Assembly: GCA_013152815.1 (NCBI GenBank)
Contig: JAADFO010000048.1
Coordinates: forward strand, 1 to 52,741
From: Nanobdellati archaeon
GTDB taxonomy: Archaea > Nanobdellota > Nanobdellia > Woesearchaeales > JAADFO01
Reading direction: 5' to 3'
Length of the DNA: 52,741 nt
The notes under the pieces were generated by a model. The model did not search any database. It was not told the DNA's origin and saw only the letters and a list, made by a program, of their open reading frames with translations. This document shows, piece after piece, positions 51,901-52,741 of the stretch. The stretch's first letter is position 1; each line of letters opens with the position of its first letter. Both the position numbers and the translations under genes were made by a program.

Positions 51901-52741
51901 GCTCCTTGAACCAGACCAACCAGACCATCGGGAACAACGAGACCAACGGCTTTTATCTCCACGACCTGGCAGAAGGGACCCATAACTGGTCCGTCGCCTG
52001 TGCCGACTACTGGGGAAACAGCAACAGCACCCAGAACAATAGCTTCATCGTCGACGTGTCTGCTCCGGCCATCGTCCTCAACGCGCCCGATGAAGGTCAT
52101 AACGCCACCATGTCCACGCTCTCCTTCAACTTCACAGCGACCGACAACCTCGCCCCAGCCATCTCCTGCAATCTCTCGCTGGACGGGACCGTCAACAACA
52201 CCGAACCCATCATCGCCCCAGACGGCATCATGACAAACATTTCGATAGGGAGCCTCAGTGAAGGGAACCACACCTGGCAGGTGCATTGCACCGACAACGC
52301 CTCGAACAGCCGCAGCAGCGAAACCCGCAACTTCACCATCGACACCCTGCCACCGGTGGTCGCCCTGGGCCAGCCGGCGAACAAGAGCTACCGGAACGGA
52401 GCGAGCGTGGACTTCACCTATACGCCGCAGGACCAGAACCTGGAATCCTGCTTCCTGTACACCAACTTCTCAGGAAGCTGGACCCGCAACAGCACCGAAC
52501 CTGCGCCGGTCTCCGGAAGCGAGAACAGCTTCACCCTCCTTGCCATTCCTGACGGAAGCTACATCTGGAACGTGGGATGCAATGACAGTCTGGGAAGCGT
52601 AGCCTTCAACGGCAGCAACAGGTCGGTGTCCATCGATTCGATCGTGCCAAGCATCAACTTCACCTACCCCACACCCTCCAACAACACCTACCGCAAACAG
52701 ACCCATTTCACCATCAACATCACCATCAACGAAACCAACCT
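27981..52741 (+). CDS. Giant secreted multidomain surface glycoprotein/adhesin, >8250 aa, 3'-truncated (Ig-like repeats, five DUF2341-like domains, lectin-like and IgGFc-binding-like modules)
   Basis: ATG 27981 gives MPMLHRKIRSRISSLKRPQSLLLLALIILSGISVYTTMTGAI. The same frame (position mod 3 = 0) reads as protein at every point checked and at the window end (NTYRKQTHFTINITINETN). The track lists no terminated ORF in this frame, consistent with no stop codon. Confidence 0.92.
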   Translation, partial: MPMLHRKIRSRISSLKRPQSLLLLALIILSGISVYTTMTGAINYPPNDSLATILPNNSDLPVLALLNQSDGGKKNIPEKNSEGNQNLNSNASTAPLQQEPSQEPSITITQQDAQIGRPVRWEMRIENIGNPAGPSGDTGPSEDTTPILLPIPPDAENITLLEGSNVTMSQGNSTDNVSVASGKAAQGRQQVSVRMDKGEQAIISYQTPAPYISEKDVREDGALKKEIIIGSDASVHYSNVHVQTELINATQESVRLYHQETMPDARGEDITRMVEVTEDPAYLLTFLDLDQDGKYDQIDWVVPRLSEQHFLLVQRLNGNSPSIRLYREQASGIGTNNQMTVTLVLHNNNSVNISNLAITESVPSGWTPFNLPNGTNMTFDMANNRTLLSFFLDLSADRTRPLIYDVSSPPSEGTGLFIATAGGRTIASQLVEVNSSRAFFETILTLEQQNDTNNADNRTGGNTTNTSASSPAQTSTYRTIDNEHLYPLHFKVINRGASQNRYPTFFYWIHNSSKWQVQRRLMEGSCPGASVVPYRDKKALRCIWQTFPAGTSKEFTIWISGKQPVSEELMLLNITYDPPTYQDGDDAETDKGQTDKTDRGNIIGRAIRSIFSIIRQGFVDIIGYITDLFKGNSTGNRQQGITGRIVGTAPQGTAQGSLPAQTNGNADQNNNPATFPENGGSGVLPSGNPIIPIQNPSGTTLPTQNAALPSGPVPFRQQPIDNSIGPTGGRGPGEPIGGPGPAPQRPPRLQKIWYSTTQQVYLRTRPWAAPPQGEPPIMLTLRDASRRIIPRRILRAIPVGPEQYDLEIELGMKQLRNIQFKDIHIKANQSLDLGIEELEKNNTPRIGFQSAISGFAIDPTRLNFTNASFTFVASGNVLYKCVAWNFTEQTCEGNWKKYQDIVPGKEYTILFTPDDPGYAETGVASINTKKPIYHPNETAEIIMVVLDREGHLAEGANVTLNITLPNGTVSTRTTGTGQGSGQGAGEGLITETSRGIYRTNFTQTDLEGNYSLDVSAVGTGVNNSMHSFFSVRAFYEFDILRDMPVTMDPWRGPYTAKVTISSYINVTSFDFTEVIPGNFSINDAGGAEVSQANGSWHLFWKGLSDGAHISYRARPPLYSPDLYEIGPSFVDYVFGNQSRTFEEARPWYLAVDPEQGLCAPNCPTHVKAETGTIYLSGTTNTASLTNSYNISKAFIIRRYAMYISDATQEPDGGTATIRWSNCNGDICDQLTATRIAGDAEDAIVSYSILQAENIRTWNFSISWATGQNTATFDPNPDLPADWSSKCFVNVYRATRISSATVSDFAEAEVRSNITAANNIDFGRDGEDGGSPAAGTTYGEVICFRDTTAVQQINFAMGESEPHTDNVPISSVNVSNSWEIHNHRQPDDGVGQNSVLGNITSPTNLQLYYAETGQTAAGDQPQLTAYIIEHEADKGARVRNVRISPGITDQNITTTISPPVTDLNNTLLSCYNSMAAGGGTAHTRDYWANRFVDASTINSINYRTRATGQTSLINCYIVEWPTTTSLELGEAPPNTTLVQPADNALLNSRNINFTFNVSTDDRIINCSLYTNATGSFLLTQKNQTAIVNGTINGINHTFSQDATLSWNVECRDLSSAAFSSTNRTLTMDATPPSFPLIQIGPDPAEYGRENVSVNWTASDIRFNSTWANVSYPNGTTLAVFLQNFTLTAANLSVIGNFSIIIYANDSLGNTNSSTNVLIVQDSLAPNITLFLPVNASFDNDGNINFTYNVSDVSPIANCSLFFGSTRVDTNNSINPDITQQFVRTNLAAVTYDWNVSCYDGQGNPGSSDVWSVTVDKTSPTIALHQPDDGAWSDTSQVQMNYTPSDAYLESCRLWANFSGTWMVNQTNSSPASGAANRFQPLILNDGSYLWNVECNDSAGNTQSGAANRSLHVDAGKPTVQFVFPTPQNNSNLSVNSVVINISHNEANPDTLILSWNGSNQSRPYAGSYTNITESPLDDGTYRFFAVVNDSSNNINQTETRLVRIDTKSPILTLLGPENDSWQTSSLTRFFYNTSDAFLGVMNCSLYADGILNHTNTSIEEGISQNFSVSFASGNHNWSVRCEDRTSNQNQTETRILKTDLTFPQMNGEQVNGTSFTINSRICLNVTVTDTYSGTSQVLAQIDHPQSGLVNISLSNATGGCGNAGGDVYSTALLNDEAGQYNWTLTFAQDNAGNIQTSIPSSPLEWNVSANNNMESAMLSPVSNRLLNESETATNYSISQTCQASCTAGNCIDVELTPQFHNSTWNDITSTTGQLNNPNGTISCGNLTGNPDAWWNSSWNHREPINLSVPSGSTPQDFQVQLILNSTTVGSGFNWSRSCADMRFINISSNTVISHFISSCSQTDQNASVWIKVPGSITTNAYMIYMYYDNPDAASTSNGTATFEFFDDFSGDLSKWDVRDPDISIISGYLEIAGGSTSSPYGHAVLGSNTTYTGFQDGIIEMDLYLTTNSIAEIGMRGDPAANTGYKGRFDARSGQGMSYLKPPYAGWGFWTGSGPDGNAVPTGSWIPIRLQVNSTSFRSWRGTTSFTSSPDSQYTGPGEISLQNHYGTYSRFDNVRVRKYSAAEPASSTGGEETYVGASNITTCNATFTIISGKHAGNNTWPIRCIARSQSAPNAYSNGQNLTINDHPTAGISQPLDSTWLDGEFLLNASASSDDRGIRRYLFTLANDSSFDNSQTICDSLNTIAPTTPENVTFSGSYGYAAGTQTEAAADDNNYVFVGDNATGTFTAYSSIRYNMSRLGINSSRVRGLIYSVRYCHSRDDYPNVGCNGNSATGTPQGTQDVQAYNYSGGQWVTLGVLRTDDNGNERTDSYQVNGTLADFVNETSNETWIRYTIDYLNFVDLDVSYLVIDQAMLNITYDTQSASCIFNSTKGGTCPEETLSCALRLNVTDNEGLKNSTWITVGIDNTAPQVNLTDPAQDEILTGSSTVVNATATDAGSGIDTVSFRYRANDTDTWKDICADTDQSPPFSCVWDLTGLDDGNTYQVRVSANDTVGNPSINDTNVNITISRPMSILLLSPDNLSWSLNPVAFHYNVSHPTATVTNCSLILDNQANQTDQTISQGIDSVFTVENMTDGNHGWLVNCTDNIGKVSGSEGRIIRIDNSSPSLSIDQPISYENISTASFLVNASVDDGTGIGINTTTFEYRENDTASWSLICLDTTGPDYSCGWDTGSLSEGKTYEVRAWANDSLGNTGPVDSSTNITLDRTPPALELLGPENSTHNINGSIIFTYNVSDALLGVANCSLLINESVNLTDTSITEGSVQSFQQQFVNASYRWAVRCSDTEGNSNTSGTRLLLVAPDTEGPAITLLSPANPATDSDGDVTFGYSVIDALSAIANCSLTLNGTLQNTTNAPAQSQTNSFVVNNLNDGLYFWNITCTDNATIHNSNTSETRNLTISIISILNVSVTTDKASYEQGEYANVTTNSTDSFGNPINASIFTDIHRGNGTTPWWNSSWPYRTQISVTEQTGQDLLDYQLNLTVDTKTLIDASKMNANCTDMRFADGLTNPLSHWIEYGCNTTSTRVWVKVNLTGGSTSTLSMYYGNTSAANTSNASSTLRLVGQAGILEVDGSTQNITLNHPLTNPRVLAVPFLQTGASRFGSVTTQHHMITNVQSSGFSITQVESPTAGDSTIDLGNVSYVVLENGTYYLGLGMLVEVGSTTSDGTYVTVTFGQSYSTDPSVLADTQTNNAGSNQLYARGNLLTTTNIALQAETDDAATPSLSPAETLGYGVLPIGTEPYNQIETYTTGAVTDEVWDSYTFAYTYGTLPAVIASINDESGTQPCYAVTRQVTTTGFQLACEEPAPYDGSHANEVASWAVFPSGEIYGRKYASTEPSYTIQQEDMLVGTNTSDAGDDGLWTWPWSTYNIPVGNYTAASLASRQSYADATGHSYFEIIPDTTLPSIALLSPSNESWTVSSTRLFTYLPVDNSHHFQNCSLIFDDAINQTNQSIQEGSSNVFNITGIGQGSHQWSVNCTDAAGNSNRSETRILTRDSTAPTITIHHPRIGANLSSSTALFNFTADDNLDASLSCNITLDGSMTADSPLPAPNGVPTNTSVLGLSDGIHRWNISCLDNASNNAFNGTYLFITDTLAPQTALLSPPDQSWDDDGLVRFNYSATDNHLRQCELWGNFSGSWAKNQTDLVPENDTPHNFSLVTLEDGDYRWNVNCSDYAGNSAFNLTNYTIHIDRTTPGITYAYPTPANDTNTTQTTIIINVTHQENNPASIAFYWNDSLNASRSYAAGTGQYTNFTLTGAEDGSYRYLVRLNDSAGHQNETKNRTITIDTHPPLTSIIGPADQSWRNIATADTTFFYNTTDTVLTVANCSLILDNQINQTNRSITEGAIQNFSATFSSGTYSWNISCEDTLQNQNSTPTRILQVDLTMPSATKEAINATAFGVNEYICLNLSAADTLSGVSTIYTQVDYPVSGPINISLSNATGGCGNGGGAVWSVSLQNVESGQYNWTMTYVIDTAGNINGTYPQTLLNWSATTLIEMNATMIRPTVNTEINESGQHNSFVQTCSANCTSGICRDTTLQPQYDNGTWQDITTLNTQLSSSLDSYDCGNLTAPDTLWWNLSWKKKQAINLSVSSGATPEGYQIHLILNASNAGTGFNWSRNCTDIRIINASEDAELPHWTESCNATTQNASLWVKVDTNITTIISSIYLYYDNPAATSTSNGTATFEFFDQGDQIADWTTSGTAGQSVSVGRPQPSYYATSVNGNYMYQDVTLVPDRIIEWDFRSDGLGNFYYLVNAAGSGQHFRLETRSGNSAGLGAASSWTSWSVPTQTCGNLATNTWYGFRLVIGSSTAQGYVDGNACGGAYTFSDNGGFIGLVGDGLGSGFTTWMDNLRIRKYHTPEPTYAISEEQIGEGINNNSYCSANFTITAGSDSGNQSWPIRCTATSTTAPIDYSGTVNITINDHPRASFLSPLDGQWLRGTVILNGSTSSDSDGTIDNYRFQLDNLTSFASPSTLCDSNESNCTLDTQSQTQCQDESQTCYLKLQVTDDNQLTNSTTITIGIDNTGPLTSLDLPQNGTNITSDSFFINASVQDQGIGVNTSTFEYRENDTASWKLICHDSRAPTYNCNWDLTALEDGTTYEVRAWANDSLGNTGTASLHSNITIDRGKPNISLESPANMTWHLENITFLYNVSEGISGIINCSLLLDGTINSTDTSISTGISQQFDVTYLADGNHSWAVQCYDGNDNLGTSASRIARIDMTGPDTILDRPQNFTNISATLYLINATPSDGAGIGVNGTTFEYRQNQSASWVKICTDKRPPKYTCSWDTSVLNEARTYEVRAWANDSLGNIGAADLHQNITIDYHGPGIILMSPENDSQDVDGSISFNYTVQDTFLSIINCSMLINGSINKTATGITEGSVQSFQQNLPNGTYDWSIKCYDTAQNSNVSLTRRVVVAPDSEPPRIRILSPAPGAVDSDGNVLFTYNVSDTLSAVANCSLTLNGTVNKTTFSPTENAINTFTVTDMNDGLYYWNITCTDLAASPNQNTTETRNLTVTLLPDMVVTLSTDQTAYEQGEYANITTNTTDSFTNPLNTTVTTYIIPNNTWYNPAYRYRRAINITEQSGKNLTEYQINLTIDTASLIVAEKLRNDCNDIRFTNASHQDMPYYIENSSSLGCDQTSTLVWVQVPFLRDQETTTIYMYYDNPDETDSKSDKWEVFNYSTPTATAYVVSELLASHDSFDLVSFRDSNRIIVGASDTVQNLSDTVQYTGILNYTNVSATQPFFGAGNEQATDGGGEDALAPIGFAAKQFIYLDRIGSYYDRYYIYSPFGDATVELFEGNDGALPLTSVAGPITVAKGTVGVLTASVISTDEANFLNASIPVVVAHDMTTGVYDAYILHPPDTDWWGVPGTWVLIAALEDNTNIQILENNGSNRTMTLNAFQDYSYQDGAASQGTGNAYHIIADKPIAALQNADGDGGETTTFLPEKELDNEYFIPHGYDYLTIATTQPNTNCTRYDNTGAKIDSQLSTNTYGYPFPNKILFGARTTSSGDHLVCDSPVYAYYEYTGVSGGGDEHNLWSLKANRQYQYPSPTLSFDAETAPGLSNQSVTGLDGIWTWVWDTLLQATGNYSIISYATNPSYNEGRDFTNITIAVDSTAPNIALVSPDNRSFSGASALLSYIPTDNGHRFRNCSLILDNQVNQTNNTALIDAREENFTVSGLAEASHLWQVNCTDLAGNSNGSVTYTLITDLTPPAITPIAPGQDTNISSSTVLFNFSVQDNLQPWLLCNLTVDGTVRNNIPINVSNGSNGNMTITSLGDGQHIWNVTCWDSTDNVNTSIARNFSVDTLAPTVGLAAPTNGSWSDTATIQFNISPSDDNLKLCELWGNFSGTWAKNQTLDAPVNGSINSFQPLILNDGSYIWNANCSDYAGNAAFNQSNSTFVIDTQEPSVSFIFPTPQNDTNQSINTLTLNISHNELHPEVLRVIRNGTEEYQAAYEGSYSNLTLTGLADGTHSYYAWVNDSAGNSNQTLIRTIHIDTHAPTLLLLSPANDSWRNNATANTAFIYQTADDVLTVKNCTLFIDQQANASDNSVEEGTAENFTLRLQSGSYNWSISCTDTVGNANNSETRLIKADTFFPTIANESINDSLLNITQYICFNATIDDNLSGIDQVSISILDPDLTTQTVTLSDSATTSCDQTNGDHTYSAEWEIQKPGAYNWTTTQVNDTAGNLQTSSPGLLFNGTSIASLTVNLTAPLGTLEINESGPANDFTLNCSTTCDDSPENCSFVRLFAVYNETLAGTDISTVTTDLVNDVNGFFCGDLVPLESCNASFHITAGQDSGNREWQTWCRADSSNAGNYRSDGILNLTINDAPLANLSSPAEGAWLKGTVILNGSTSSDSDGTVSRYVFQLDNLTTFSSPTTLCDTTDGNCTLDTQSQTQCQDESQECYVLLKVYDDNDLSNSTIITIGIDNSGPVLSISQPVNGTNITQDSYTLSAGVTDTGIGINSTQFFYRQNSSGSFALACTDVDGTAPYSCSWNVSSLVDLTTYEVRAWANDSLGNIGANDTRSNITIDRMPPRINLSGPANDTWHHENITFNYTTADVTVGVINCSLLLDGTINSTDTSIAEGSLQAFAVNGIGDGAHDWAIRCYDSVGNHNVSRSRTVHVDTTGPTTLLDSPSGFANLSSSPVVANAAVNDGPGIGVNATSFWYRQNQTASWNIICVDGVPPTYLCMWDISSLAEGKTYEVRAYANDSLGNIGANDTHQNITIDRTPPTVLLESPANDSQDTDGDVLFTYNVSDALSTISSCDLIIDDSINLTNTSITKDTTLSFSQTFATRNLNWSVNCTDAAGNIGGALTYVLNVSPDTKPPVVTLLGPANQSTYTNENVVFRYNVTSDISGIDNCSILLDGTINQTDTSVVADSTQSFTITGVNDGNYTWSVQCYDGAAIPNMGIGGTFNLTVRKTSSIIVNVSTSALIYQLGELVPILTNTTDEFRNPLDTDVNTSIRLNDSSWWDQRWWWRRAINITETSGTSFAGYQTRISLDTQTPIAGQKMNTDCSDLRFVNNESKTMAYWIASGCNTTTTDIWLRVNLTASQTTPLHAYYGYPEATAMSNQTSVFDIVGEAHILSVGGTARTIHLNHTYQRPRVFAVPRLPAGTSRSGTVTSQHHLITNVTAANFSIVQVESPTAGDATIDQTDISLIVLENGTYYLGTGTQVEVGTTSSTGAYTTVTFASGFSSIPALLADTQTNDAGSSQIYARAQALGSASVQLQPESDDVSTPSLSSPETIAYAAIVKQTDSLFHLEANTTADYVTDAYSTISYDETYQDFPVVVTQMVDEGGGDSSFSTTRNIGLTTFQVSSEETAAFNGGHTTEPHSYLIAPEGAILGRADLASSAPTQTTGGEEGDAPTTSTNTTGTDGHWTWSWNTLNESVGNYSIRSYATAALYDPGAGYHSITLVPDTTPPRMSIVLPGNNTFTQANLSLQYLPVENGLIIENCTLTLDGSLNQTNQTIGNNETNGFYLHDLAEGTHNWSVACADYWGNSNSTQNNSFIVDVSAPAIVLNAPDEGHNATMSTLSFNFTATDNLAPAISCNLSLDGTVNNTEPIIAPDGIMTNISIGSLSEGNHTWQVHCTDNASNSRSSETRNFTIDTLPPVVALGQPANKSYRNGASVDFTYTPQDQNLESCFLYTNFSGSWTRNSTEPAPVSGSENSFTLLAIPDGSYIWNVGCNDSLGSVAFNGSNRSVSIDSIVPSINFTYPTPSNNTYRKQTHFTINITINETN
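33420..52741 (+). repeat. Intragenic super-repeats: three complete units (~6.9, 6.6 and 5.4 kb) and the start of a fourth
   Basis: The anchor motif [W/Y]xNFSG[T/S]W occurs at 33537, 40413, 47040 and 52458, with the same downstream domain order each time. Confidence 0.85.

Noticed and set aside
28283..52706. Dozens of minus-strand and off-frame ORFs up to 420 aa
   Set aside because: They are shadows of the giant plus-strand gene. Its C-ending codon bias suppresses stops in other frames, and they show no recognisable motifs.
1..52741. Circular element in which the giant ORF continues into the start of the window
   Set aside because: No terminal overlap and no replication, integrase or capsid genes. 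Two paralogs is the simpler reading.
33420..52741. Diversity-generating retroelement acting on the adhesin
   Set aside because: No reverse transcriptase, and no ~100-bp template/variable pair with adenine-specific mismatches was visible.

Overview
Chromosomal segment, most likely from a DPANN archaeon (Woesearchaeota/Pacearchaeota-like). This is inferred from archaeal BRE/TATA promoters, GGTGA-type Shine-Dalgarno sites, KaiC-like ATPases, a tandem-HTH family and very dense N-x-S/T sequons. The window has three parts. (1) The C-terminal end of an Ig-repeat surface glycoprotein (<1-2140). (2) A 2.3-16.8 kb signalling and small-molecule block. It holds two KaiC-like ATPases, an inactive RecA-fold protein, a V4R protein, a stand-alone receiver, a double-Cache 9-TM histidine kinase and a 6-PAS sensor with no output domain. 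It also holds a two-gene operon of a TsrM-like cobalamin/radical-SAM methyltransferase and a methyltransferase-LuxI/FeeM-like acyltransferase fusion. (3) A surface-protein cluster ending in a giant ORF that the ORF track misses (27981 to >52741, >8250 aa, no stop in the window). This ORF is built of 5.4-6.9 kb super-repeats with filled and empty domain-insertion slots. Non-coding highlights are a 6x17-bp repeat in which each unit is an SD site plus a Met-Val-Asn-stop mini-ORF, an array of five CTTATCnGATAAG palindromes upstream of the HTH/giant gene, and a tandem palindromic operator on an unannotated DUF2080-like gene. I saw no rRNA, tRNA, CRISPR array or transposase. Family assignments come from motif recognition by eye, not from database searches.
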